DNA from: Lytechinus pictus
Taxonomy: Eukaryota
Length of the DNA: 64,000 bases
Direction of reading: 5' to 3'
Assembly (NCBI RefSeq): GCF_037042905.1
Contig: NC_087245.1
Span: 40,736,001 to 40,800,000 of the forward strand
Positions 1 through 11,540 of the stretch are shown here, one piece after another. A program made the position numbers and the translations under genes. A model generated the notes under the pieces. The model was not told the DNA's origin, did no database searches, and worked only from the letters and a program-made list of their open reading frames with translations. The first letter of the stretch is position 1. Each line of letters begins with the position of its first letter.

Positions 1-102
1 AATGATCCTCTGTCCGTCTCAGCGGACTGTTATCGCACGCAGAAATATGACAAGCCATGAAGTTTGCACGTTGCACACGATGCCGGGGCCCCCGTTACCC
101 CC

Positions 103-1107
103 TGTGACTGCCGCACTTTACCCTTGGTAACCAATGCGGAGTTTCAAAGTCAATACACTCCAAAAGAAATACATTCACAAAAATGGCGTTGGCTTATGTG
201 AAATGGTGCTTTATTTCATCATCCCAGACGAACCAAGATTGAGATAAAATACTGCAAAAACAAACAAAGAAACATATAATAAATCATAATGTATGTGTAA
301 CAACTGAAACTAATCACTAAAGCACTAAAGAATAAACTTCACTATTCATACAAATACTATACTACCAAGGACTCTTAATACTATAACAAAATGTAATACG
401 TATTGATCTACATTACTTAAAAGGTTAATTAGATATACTTATAAATATAACTATTTTCTTATAACAGTCGATATGTCTATTAACGGATACGATCCATCGC
501 AAGTATGTCAGAGTTACATGTATATCGCATTACATAATACTTAAATTACTGAAAGAAATAACTTACCAATTGGAGGCTTTAAGCAGATTACACCTTATAT
601 AGCACACTTGTAAAATCTAGATGAGAAGCTTGTCAAAAACACAACTTAGGAGTTCTATCTCTTTCTCTGAATCTCTGTCGCTCTCTCTGAAAACTTTGAT
701 AAAACTGATAGCTGAAAGCTTTTTCTCTCTATATAAAGCATGCAGAAACTGAACCAACATAGATCATTCTTTTGCTATGTTCTTAAGTTATTGTTTCCCA
801 ATTAGAGTTGCTGGTACTCTGACCATGTCTTAACAGAAAACCAGACAATGAACTTGATTAAGATATTCAAATCGGAACAATGTAGGGTGGACCTACAGTT
901 TGCTCTTTGGCTTGGCTTTCTCTATGCCTATACATTAACACATAACCTGCCCTATGGGACTTTATGTAGAAAAGGATTAAGAAAAAGATGCAGAAATGCA
1001 GAAATGAAACATCTAGGAAAGTGGAAATTCAATTAAAACAACATATAACAAGAAATGTAAACAGCCTAGAAATTACATATATCTCACTGCACACTGCTGC
1101 AGTGACA
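103..1107 (-). repeat. 3' LTR (1005 bp)
   Basis: Carries an extra TGTC (506-509) and A at 419 where the other LTR has T; minus-strand AATAAA near 210-215. Confidence 0.95.
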
Positions 1108-1117
1108 TGGCTCCTTT
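1108..1117 (-). promoter_or_regulatory. Polypurine-tract-like sequence of the LTR element
   Basis: Minus-strand AAAGGAGCCA abuts the TG of the 3' LTR. Confidence 0.65.
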
Positions 1118-1689
1118 AACTGATTGCCATCAGTTACTTAACTTAAACACACACAACATCAATTATGTCTGAATATCTAAAATCAACCAATAAACTCAAA
1201 ATCGTATATATACATGCAAGATACTTTAACTGATCACCTATCATTATTGAACTTAATAACAAAAAATGTGAACCATAACATTCCAATCCCGTTGCTGTCA
1301 GGCACAACAAAATTAAGACATATCTTCTTAAACTACTTTGGATACACTAAGAAATATTAGCCATTAAGCATTAAGTATAAAATCATATACTGTAACTGCA
1401 TGCATGCCAGCAGATTCAACAAACAAAATAAATCAAATCAATTACTAATGCATATGTACAGAAAAACTGGAAGTAAAGAGAGCTATAAAACTAGAAAGAA
1501 GATAAAGACTAGAATGTGAACAAGAAAACTAGAAAAGCAGGAAAGATCAAAACCATATGAAAAACTGAAATGACAACTCTAGCGAAATGATTAGACTAAT
1601 AATGGAAAGAAAACAAGAAAAGGGAGAGAAGAGATTGAAAGAGATAAGAAAGTGGAAAACAACGAATTACATCAAATCAAATCAAATGT

Positions 1690-3300
1690 TCATTTTGTGT
1701 TGTTGGCTCCTTGATTGGGAATTCCCTGGTCTTCTGTCTTCTTTGACCTATCTTCATGTAGACATGTAAGGTGTCTACCTCCACAGATTCTACACACTCT
1801 CTTGTTTCTACATTCTTTACCACGATGTTGATCTGTAAGAGCGCAACCAAAACACAACTTTCTTTTCAAAAAGAATAATTTTCTCTCTTCAATAGATTTC
1901 ATCAAGAAACTAGAACATGATTCGAGGTGATGGCTTCCATCACAGAAAGGACATATAGAGCTTTCATCCTCCAGCCCAGAGATGCAAAAGATCTGTGCAT
2001 TTCCATTTGGAGATCGCCTTGATAGGTTTAACCTTAAAGGTTCCAACTCAGGAATGTTCGCTCTGTCAGCTGCTTTCTTCACAAAACCAACGAAACACGA
2101 GAACGATGGATAACTTTGGGGGCTATTAGTTTCGCGCCATCTATCAATTTCCTCTCGCCATTCATCTTCCAAGTACTCTGGCAACTTTGCTACGAGCTTT
2201 GCATTCTCTTGGGGAAAGTCCAGGATTCCTAGATTCTTGACCTTCGTCTTGGCTGACAAGACCTTCTGCAAGAAGTCGGAAAAGTCTCTCAATCCACTTG
2301 CATCTTTACTTTCAATACGTGGCCACGAACAGAGCTTTCTGGTGTAAGCAACACTGAGAGCACTTGGGTTGCCAAACCTCCTATCAATTTCCGCACGAGC
2401 CTTCTGATAACCATCGTCCTCTCCTAATAACAAATAGTGTTCAACAATTTCTTTAGCTTTTCCACAAACGTAGGTGTTCAAGTAGTTCAATTTATTAGAG
2501 TCACTGATTGGCTTAGCATCCACCATGCAATCAAATGCATTCTTCCACAAAGGATAATTCATCGGTTCACCACTAAACATTGGAACATCGATATTTGGTA
2601 GTTGGCTAGTTGCTGCCAACTGTTTACTTACTTCACTTTGTCCAATAGCAATGCGGGTGATTTGGGCTACACAAGCTTCTAACGATGATACTAAACTGTC
2701 CAACCCAGCTGGCACCCATGGGTTACTGAGATCAGATACTGCCTCGGTTTTCTGATGAACTCCTGTCTTTTCTGACTGATGGAGGTGGATCTTTTCTTGT
2801 GAATCAAAGAATCTCTGCATTCCCTCACTCTTCTCTTCCTTTCTCATTCCTCTAAATGAAATCTCTGAATCACTTTCACCCAATTCTTCATCTTCAAATT
2901 CCTCTAATACTTGCTTTATGGCAGTCAATTGAGCTAAACGCTCGCGTCTAGCTAGGCGATCCTTTCTCATTGCAATCTCCTTCTGTTGCCGTTTGAAGGT
3001 AGCTTCTTCCTTATCTAGTTGCTGTTGAAGAGCTATCCGTCGCTTTCTAAAAAGTTGTTCGACTTCTGTTTCTTGCTGCAACAGTTTAAGATGGTCATCT
3101 TCAAATGACTGCTTAACCTTAAGAGAGGCTTCATGTTTCTTGATGGACAGTCTCTCACTCTTCACTGACTGAAGAGAACTTGCATGACTCTTAGCCACTT
3201 GGCTAGTTCTACTCTTCATACTGTGAACACTTATCTCACTTAGAGGAGATTTATCTTCACGTATCTCTTCTACTAAGTTAGACTCTTCTATAGCCGACAT
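1690..3300 (-). CDS. gag: BEL/Pao Gag protein, 536 aa (coiled-coil N-terminus, DUF1759-like capsid region, three zinc knuckles)
   Basis: Motifs FSGEPMNYPLWKNAF...KLNYLNTYVCGKAKEIVE (DUF1759-like) and the BEL-type triple knuckle CPFCDGSHHLESC, CFGCALTDQHRGKEC, CRICGGRHLTCLH; uninterrupted ORF; no protease, RT, RNase H or integrase follows. Confidence 0.93.
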   Translation of the reverse strand: MSAIEESNLVEEIREDKSPLSEISVHSMKSRTSQVAKSHASSLQSVKSERLSIKKHEASLKVKQSFEDDHLKLLQQETEVEQLFRKRRIALQQQLDKEEATFKRQQKEIAMRKDRLARRERLAQLTAIKQVLEEFEDEELGESDSEISFRGMRKEEKSEGMQRFFDSQEKIHLHQSEKTGVHQKTEAVSDLSNPWVPAGLDSLVSSLEACVAQITRIAIGQSEVSKQLAATSQLPNIDVPMFSGEPMNYPLWKNAFDCMVDAKPISDSNKLNYLNTYVCGKAKEIVEHYLLLGEDDGYQKARAEIDRRFGNPSALSVAYTRKLCSWPRIESKDASGLRDFSDFLQKVLSAKTKVKNLGILDFPQENAKLVAKLPEYLEDEWREEIDRWRETNSPQSYPSFSCFVGFVKKAADRANIPELEPLRLNLSRRSPNGNAQIFCISGLEDESSICPFCDGSHHLESCSSFLMKSIEERKLFFLKRKLCFGCALTDQHRGKECRNKRVCRICGGRHLTCLHEDRSKKTEDQGIPNQGANNTK

Positions 3301-3375
3301 CTTCCCTCTCAGTTTCTCCTAAAAGCCAGGACTGCTGGTGTCTGTCACGAGCTGCTTTAAGCACTTGTATTTTAT

Positions 3376-4376
3376 TGTGACTGCCGCACTTTACCCTTGG
3401 TAACCAATGCGGAGTTTCAAAGTCAATACACTCCAAAAGAAATACATTCACAAAAATGGCGTTGGCTTATGTGAAATGGTGCTTTATTTCATCATCCCAG
3501 ACGAACCAAGATTGAGATAAAATACTGCAAAAACAAACAAAGAAACATATAATAAATCATAATGTATGTGTAACAACTGAAACTAATCACTAAAGCACTA
3601 AAGAATAAACTTCACTATTCATACAAATACTATACTACCAAGGACTCTTAATACTATAACAAAATGTAATACGTATTGATCTACATTACTTTAAAGGTTA
3701 ATTAGATATACTTATAAATATAACTATTTTCTTATAACAGTCGATATGTCTATTAACGGATACGATCCATCGCAAGTAAGAGTTACATGTATATCGCATT
3801 ACATAATACTTAAATTACTGAAAGAAATAACTTACCAATTGGAGGCTTTAAGCAGATTACACCTTATATAGCACACTTGTAAAATCTAGATGAGAAGCTT
3901 GTCAAAAACACAACTTAGGAGTTCTATCTCTTTCTCTGAATCTCTGTCGCTCTCTCTGAAAACTTTGATAAAACTGATAGCTGAAAGCTTTTTCTCTCTA
4001 TATAAAGCATGCAGAAACTGAACCAACATAGATCATTCTTTTGCTATGTTCTTAAGTTATTGTTTCCCAATTAGAGTTGCTGGTACTCTGACCATGTCTT
4101 AACAGAAAACCAGACAATGAACTTGATTAAGATATTCAAATCGGAACAATGTAGGGTGGACCTACAGTTTGCTCTTTGGCTTGGCTTTCTCTATGCCTAT
4201 ACATTAACACATAACCTGCCCTATGGGACTTTATGTAGAAAAGGATTAAGAAAAAGATGCAGAAATGCAGAAATGAAACATCTAGGAAAGTGGAAATTCA
4301 ATTAAAACAACATATAACAAGAAATGTAAACAGCCTAGAAATTACATATATCTCACTGCACACTGCTGCAGTGACA
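3376..4376 (-). repeat. 5' LTR (1001 bp)
   Basis: Matches 103-1107 except, by eye, one substitution and a 4-bp indel; imperfect terminal inverted repeat TGTGACTGC/GCAGTGACA. Confidence 0.95.
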
Positions 4377-4386
4377 CCCCCAAAAC

Positions 4387-4669
4387 ATTGGTTGTCAATA
4401 TCTGTAATGAGTATTCTACTTCGACTTTCTACAACTTTTCTTCTAACCAATCAAACTGGATTATTACAGGAGGTTATAATGGTAGCTTTTAACTTGCTAT
4501 CCAATGTAAACTTGTATTGAACGCGACCCTGGCGTATGGCTGCGCCTGCGCCCTGTTGTATATAACTTATTATACAATAGCTGTTACCGGAGCTGTTATA
4601 AGCTAGTGACATCGTGGAATTTGATTGGATGAGAGCAGAATGTGTCAGAGAAGTTACGCATCTCATTGG
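4387..4669. promoter_or_regulatory. Promoter-like cluster (5 CCAAT/ATTGG, NRF1-like GC element, TATA-like)
   Basis: ATTGG 4387, CCAAT 4447, CCAAT 4501, ATTGG 4624, ATTGG 4665; TGCGCCTGCGC 4541-4551; TATATAA 4559-4565. Direction is not determinable. Confidence 0.35.
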
Positions 4670-5249
4670 AGAAAAATGAGCAGTAAGAATTCTATTAGAC
4701 GGGGTACTGGTCTTCACGCGACAGCTAAATCATCACTGAAGACATGCACGATGTTATTATTTTTTGTACTTATCAAATGTCTGTCTGTAGCATGATGCAT
4801 TCTACAAGCTTCAATAAAAAGAGGTAGAATATTTTGCCAATAAGGTTCCCTCTAAACGAAAGATTATAGATTCTGTATCGAAAACGGGTAGACACACCAC
4901 CACGGGGTGAGGATGCAAGGGACAATCGGCATATGGACCCCTCAGAAGAACAGCCTGTGGCTGAAGAGGGCCATCCAGCCCACGAGTGGAAAATAAATAA
5001 ATAAAAATAGAATAAATGATTCTTCAAAGTATTTTAAAACGAAGAAAATGAAGTACAGTGGAAAATGATAAAAGAGCGAGAGGTCTCTGTGCATCATTGG
5101 CCAAATGTCAAAATTTTGATATTTTATGATTTTATAATTTCAAATGGTAACTTCCCTAGCGTTAACCTCCTTGGATGACACTTGTTCTTAGATAAGATTA
5201 ATAAGATGAGCTTGGAAAACGCTGCCGCGAGATGGAGGAATATGCTTAA

Positions 5250-5843
5250 AGGCCAAGTCCACCCCAGAAAAATGTTGATTTGAATAAATAGATAAATCAA
5301 ACTAGCAGAACGCTGAAAATTTCATTAAAATCGGATGTAAAATATAAAGTTATGACATTTAAAATTTTGATTTTAATTTTTCACAAAACAGTGATATGCA
5401 CAACTCAAATGAGACAGTCGATGATGTCCCTCACTCACTATTTCTTTTGTTTTTTATTGTTTGAATTATACAATGTTTCATTTTTTTTTTAGATTTGACA
5501 ATAAAGACCAACTTGACTGAATCATATAGTATAAAACAATGCTCATTCCACATGTTCGGGGAGGAATTACTTGTTGTTTCACTTGACAATGAGGAGAAAA
5601 ATAGAAAATTCCCAATTTCATATAATAAAATACAAAAGAAAAAGTGAGTGGATGACGTCATCAGTCTCCTCATTTGCATACCCACCACGATGTGCATATA
5701 ACAGTTTTGTGAAATTTAGCAAAACTTTAAAATGTCATTACTTTCTTATTTTACATCCGATTTTGATGAATATTTTAGTGTTATGCTTGTTGGATTTTTC
5801 TCTTTTTATTCAAATCAATTTTTAGTTGGGGTGGACTTGTCCT
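5250..5843. mobile_element. Kolobok-like non-autonomous DNA transposon (MITE)
   Basis: TIR AGGCCAAGTCCACCCC / GGGGTGGACTTGTCCT; flanked by TTAA (5246-5249) and TCAA (5844-5847); related copies at 6567, 8902 and ~30000. Confidence 0.8.
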
Positions 5844-6566
5844 TCAATGGGGGCATTCGCAACGGCAACCACCTCACAGACTGGCGCCCGTGCGGCGCTG
5901 TGTTTTCGCTTGTAACGCACGCAAAGCGATATGATACACAGTATAAAACATCTAAGGTCATGACCCAGCGATATTTGACCTTTCTCTTAAGTAATTTTCA
6001 GTTGCAATATAAACATGATGTTATCTTCAACTATGTTAATTACTTCACTTACTTCATCAATTTTGTCAATTCATTACTTATTTATGAGTATTGTGTATTA
6101 TTCTGCATCTAAATCGTTTTGGTTATTTTTCTTTAATCATGATAATATCCTATTCGTGTTTCATAATGAGACCGGATGACCACCTAACTTAGTAATGTGC
6201 CACTCATCATCAAATTGTCAGATGATAACACAAAAATACCGGTCCCTTCCGTTATACTTTATTCACCCCTCTCTCTTCATGGATTCGGAACTGCAGTCAG
6301 GGTATCTTTGCTTATCGCTAATTGTACTCGAGGAAACTTAAGCTCGCTGTTTTGAAATCAAATCACTCTTAGCGATTGAGTGATGACGATGTGATGTGGT
6401 TATCCGGGATTCCATCACCTTTGATACACTTCGATTACCATGGCAACGTCAAACATTCGTTTGTGTCCAACTTTTTGGTGAACCTAACTTAATCAATCTG
6501 AACTGCCAGTAACCCAGTAGTTTTCATTTTGACAGTGGGAATAGGCTCGGATAATCCTCCTCTTAA

Positions 6567-7100
6567 AGGTCAAGTACATCTCAACAGAAAGTGGATCTGA
6601 CTGGATAGAGTTTACATATCACTGAAAATTTAATCGAAGTCGGATGTAAAATGAGAAAGATAGGACATTTTAAATTTTCGGGGGGGGGGGTTCTTAAAAA
6701 ACAGTTGTCAATGTTATAAGAACACCTTGGTCAGTATAAAGACGGAAGTATTGATAATTTTACGCACTCGTTATTTCTTTAGAATTTCATAATATGAAAT
6801 GTAGAAAATTTCAAGATTTGACGATTAGGAAGTTATTTACTGAATCATAAAAGGTATAAAGAAATGGAAAATCGACAAGTTCACAGAGGAATCAAAACAC
6901 ATGTTTTTATAATTTTAAAGAGGTAATATTTGATGAAATATGGAATAGGTGACGGCATTGTTCCCAGATTTGCATACCGGCTATATTGTGCATTTATCTG
7001 TTTTGTGAAAAATGGATGATTTTGTCACGCTAAATGTAATGCATAATTCGATTTTATATAACATTGACAGGGACAAAACTTTTTCAAAAGTCTCCATTTG
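6567..7100. mobile_element. Degenerate Kolobok-like MITE, same family as 5250-5843
   Basis: TTAA-AGGTCAAGTAC start and colinear diverged similarity (CTGAAAATTT...TCGGATGTAAAA, ATTTGCATAC); right end approximate. Confidence 0.6.
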
Positions 7101-8901
7101 AGAGAAATTATTGATATAGAAAATAAATCGATGTTTTTGTGTTTTCTGCAGGAAATATGCCTCGAGGACATGAGCGGTTGCCACGTAAGGATGCGAGGAT
7201 TCCGTTATCTCAGGAGCGACCCACATCGTGATGGGTGAGCATACGGCGCCCTGGGGAACCCCCCATAGGAACAATCGATACGGGGGCGCTTAATTGATAG
7301 AAAGGAGGCCTATTCTATCTTACTTTTCTTCGTGAAGTCCAAATTGATCCATGAAGTTGTGTTATGTGAAGAGGTAGTATCTTATTTTGGGGAATTGAAA
7401 ATTATTGTGGTAAAAGGGGCGCTGACCTCATGACCCCTCCCCTGTTCAAACTGTGAATGCAATGTCGCTGCCTTCGTATCCTCAGATCATTCGCCACATT
7501 CAATGCGATCAGTGGTGAGGACCGCTCTCCAAATAAATGTCAAGCATGATTTCAACTAAGACGAATAGTAAAAACAAATAAAGGATTTATTTACAAGTGT
7601 GAAACCATTCTCACGTTCATTCGTGTCAGGAGAATCGGATGGACGGGTAGAAGAGAGTAAACAAAAAGAAAAGAAAAAACTCGGCGCAACATTGAACTAC
7701 TTTAACTCGCATAAACTAAACATTTCATTGAGAACTTTGAGAACTTATAAAATTGAATACGTGACGTTTACTTTTGGGGGTAAATGTGATGTTGATCTAA
7801 GATTTGACAGAAGTACTTGCTAGCTCAAAAATGTTTGGTTTGCTGATACATTGCCTCCGTTTTCTCGCGTTCTTCTCCCTTTTTGTATTTCCCAACCATT
7901 TTAAACACTTTTATAAAACATTTTAACACAACTATGGTCGAATCTGTTTCCTTTCCCCTGATATTCTTCCCATTTTATGTAATATCTTTAACGCATGCGC
8001 TACTTTTTTTCCCAATTTGAATTAAAAAAGGTCCTGCATTTTTTGCAATTTTTTTGAAAAATGTAAACAAAACTGACAAATGATATGAATAATAAACTTA
8101 CACTAAACGGAAAGTTAGTATTTTCAGATGGTTGTGCATTTTCAATGATAGTAGGCCTAGTAATTGTAAATATACACTGCGCAATTTCTACTTAACTTTC
8201 AAATAAATGAATGGCAGTTCCTAAAGTCAGAAAACGGCAAATAATTATGGCTGTTGATAATTAAGTCAAGGACATAATGAAGATGTACTTTATCATTCTC
8301 TTTGTGTATGTGGGCGTGTGTGTGCGTGTGGGTGAGGCCAGGTGTAGATGTGTGTGCTATTTCATGAGAATGTAGATTTGAACTTTCTCCCATGACCTCA
8401 TCTTGCAAAAGGACACATGCAATGTTATCCATATGAACTTGAAGGCAAGCTCTTTCTAAACAGTGACCACCAATGTAAGCATGTCAAAGACTCTCGACCG
8501 TCCGCAGTCCAGAAGAAACTCAAGACATTTGAAGTAAACAGACGACTTCAATGTGATCAGAGTGATACACTCTCGGTTTCGAGTTAGCTGCTCTGCAATC
8601 AACCAATTGTGACCAACCCCTCCCTCCCCGCTCTTCGAGTCGTGGAACCTTTTTCAGCAACCGATTACTTAATTGATTTTTAAGGCAAATATATACTCCT
8701 TTTATCATGAGCATTTTAGCCCCCTTTGTAAATCAGTTTTTATAATTGAGAGGGCTACCTTGTGATAGAAATCAGACTGAAATAAATAGATTAATTATTA
8801 AATAGATAGGTGAATAAATTAATACATAAATAACTTAGATAAATGAATAATGAATGAATAATTCATACCATCTTAAACATGCTTCTTCTGGATCTCCTCA
8901 A

Positions 8902-9592
8902 AGGTCAAGTTCTCCCCCCCAAAAAAAATGTTGATTTGAACCAATAATAATAATAATAATAATAGGCATTTACATAGCGCCATCTATCTACAAATATTCT
9001 ATTCCGAGGCGCACAAGTAAAGAAAGAAAGAAAGTTTGGATGAGTGTCAATAGAGAAATATCAAACAAGCATATGCTGAAAATTTCATCAAAATCAAAGT
9101 AAGAAAGTTATAACATTTTAAAGTTTCGTTTAATTTTTACAAAACAGTTATATGCACAGCTCAGTGCATTTGAGAGAGTCGATGATGTCCATCACTCTAT
9201 TGTGTTTTTTATTATTTGAATTAATACAATATTTCAGTTTTTACATATTTGACGTTTAAGGACCAACTTGACTGAACCATATAATGTTAAAACAATGGTA
9301 AAACCACATTGTTCCGGGAGGAATAAAACTTCTTTTTACAGGACAATGAGAAGAAATTTAGAATATTTCATATTTCATATAAGGTAATACAAAAGAAATA
9401 GTGAGTGACGTCATCAGTCCCCTCATTTGCATACTGACCAGTATGCTCATATAACTGTTTTGTGAAATTAAATGAAATTTAAGATTGTCATAGCTTTTTA
9501 TTTTACATTATCTCTTTGATGAAATTTTTAGTGTCATGCTTGTTTGATTTTTTTTTTTTCAAATCGACTTTTCGGTTGGGTGGACTTGTCCT
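8902..9592. mobile_element. Kolobok-like MITE with a nested retroposon tail
   Basis: Ends GGGTGGACTTGTCCT-TTAA; colinear with 5250-5843; interrupted at ~8943-9050. Confidence 0.8.
8943..9017 (-). mobile_element. 5'-truncated SINE/L2-type 3' tail
   Basis: Minus strand reads ...GCGCCTCGGAATAG...GGCGCTATGTAAATGCC(TAT)n, similar to the tails of the SINEs at 45268 and 60061. Confidence 0.6.
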
Positions 9593-10674
9593 TTAATATA
9601 GAATATATGAAAATGAGTTGATAACAGCAAAGAAGGAAGCCTCAATAAATGATTACACCTTTTGTCTGTTTCTTTCAAAGTTCCACCAGTCTTGTGCTCT
9701 TATTTCAACGATCAAATTGTCGGAGGGAGATTACACATAGCGCTTATTAAGAATCGCAGAAACGTTATAAAATGCAAAAATAAAAAATATAAAAAATCAA
9801 CAATCATGACAATGAAAGTAACGAAACCATGCATAAAAATCATCGTATTATCATTATTACGAGAATGTAAATAGTTTTAATATCAAAATTGTAAGGCTGC
9901 TTAAATTCATTCTCCCCCTTCTCTTCTCCTTAAAAAATGATTGTGTGTTCTGATTTCTCTGTGATTTTCTTATCAGAAAATCATGGAAACCCAATTGAAC
10001 ATGCAAGCTACTCTTCCACCGGTATGTCAACCACCTTGTCATCATGGCGACCGTCAGGAGTAGTAACAATGTAATAAGGGTCTAGAGGTTCGACCTCAAA
10101 GCTCCCTGAGTCCGGGAAGATCAGTTTGATAAGCTTTCGAAGATAACTTGTCTTGTAATGCCCTTGAACTCTCACTCAAAAACAGAATTAAGTTCGCACT
10201 GTGTTTGACGAGTTAACACACACACACAAAACAAACAAAAGGAATGAGTGTGGCGTGCCCAAATGAAGATTTCTCAAAGGGTCCAATTATTCGACATTTT
10301 TTAATACAAAAATGTATTTAGATCCAGCCCGATGCACAGCAAAAACCAGATTTATTTTTTTAACCATTTTTCTAATTAGCAAACAACCTGACCATGAAAA
10401 ATACACAATCATATGGTCATTTTTACTTTTTTGTTCACGGTTTAGGAAAAAAGTGTAGGGGTGGCTGAAGCCCCCAGCCCCCATCCCGTTTCCGCGGCCC
10501 CTGTACTACACGGTTGTTTTTCAAAGGATGTTTAAACAAATGTTTTAGTGATCTTCATTGCAATGCTCAACTTTTGAGCAATGAATGTTAGAAACTAAAC
10601 AAGGTTATAAATATTTACCTATATTTATCTTAGAAAATATATGACCACTTGATAATATTGAATCAGGTTGTACA

Positions 10675-10850
10675 CATGGCCCTGGGAAGCGGGGGTGCTG
10701 TGTATGTTATTCTCCATAGGCAGCACCCCCTGGAATTCTGAAAGGTGTAGCAAAATGGCCTACATTTTGTACCAAAACCCCCCTTTTTGGCTTATCAAAT
10801 TTCTCGGGACCAAAATAAGTTTTAAAAAAGAAACCGTTCCCAGGGCCCTG
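10675..10850. mobile_element. hAT-like MITE
   Basis: TIR CATGGCCCTGGGAA / TTCCCAGGGCCCTG; degenerate 8-bp TSD GTTGTACA/GTTGTGGA; related sequence at ~16350-16680. Confidence 0.6.
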
Positions 10851-11139
10851 GTTGTGGATAAAACTCGACTAAAAAATACAACTTTAGGGAAGATACACGT
10901 ATGTCTCGACACTGGCGCTACATCATCTACCTCCTCCTCCTCCCAAATAAAGAAAAACACTGGAGACGCCATTGCTTGGGGTGCCTCCCGACGGAGGTTG
11001 TACTGAGGGATACAATTATTGTTGGAGGATCGATTCGTGCCGATACCACGGTGTGTACCGGGTGATGCAATATAGAGACAGTACATCAAAACAAGGCCGT
11101 GGGGAGACAGAGGAGTAGCGAGCTGAATGGAGATGTGAA

Positions 11140-11540
11140 AGGTGAGGAGGTTTGGGATGATAGAAGGGTTTAAAGAGGTGAGGGCGGTTTAAGAGGGGAT
11201 GGGGGTGTCATGGGTGGAGGAGGGGGGGGGGGAGGAGGAAGAGGAAACGGAAGAGAAGGAGGAAGAGGGGAGGAGGTGGATAAGGAGGAATAGGATGAGG
11301 AGGGGTGGAGGGGGTGGTGGAGGAAGACAAGGAGGAAGAGAGGAGGAGGTGGAGGAATAGCTAGGAATAGGAGGAGGAGGTGGAGGATGTTGATCAAGAG
11401 GAATAGGAGGAGGCTGAGGAGATGTGGGTGTCAGAGGTGGAGGAGAAATGAGAGGAGGAAGTGGATGGGGCGCAGAGGATGTGGGGTGTGAGAGGAGGAA
11501 GAAGAGGAGGGGAGGGAAGATATGAGGGGGGGGGGTGAAA
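11140..11540 (+). repeat. Polypurine (GGA-rich) low-complexity tract
   Basis: Degenerate GGA/GAG repeats. Confidence 0.85.

Larger units (their letters stand above)
103..4376 (-). mobile_element. Non-autonomous (gag-only) BEL/Pao LTR retrotransposon, structurally intact
   Basis: Direct repeats 103-1107 and 3376-4376 with TG...CA termini; 5-bp TSD CCCCC (98-102, 4377-4381); internal minus-strand BEL-type gag ORF; purine-rich AAAGGAGCCA directly before the 3' LTR on the minus strand. Confidence 0.95.

Noticed and set aside
848..1036. 62-aa ORF duplicated at 4117-4305
   Set aside because: Lies inside the LTRs, antisense to gag; duplicated only because the LTRs are, and has no recognisable domain.
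1108..1125. TGGCTCC after the left LTR read as a + strand tRNA-Asp primer-binding site
   Set aside because: The match is only ~7 nt, gag is on the minus strand, and the reverse complement fits a PPT. No clear PBS was seen at the true 5' end (ATAAAATAC...).
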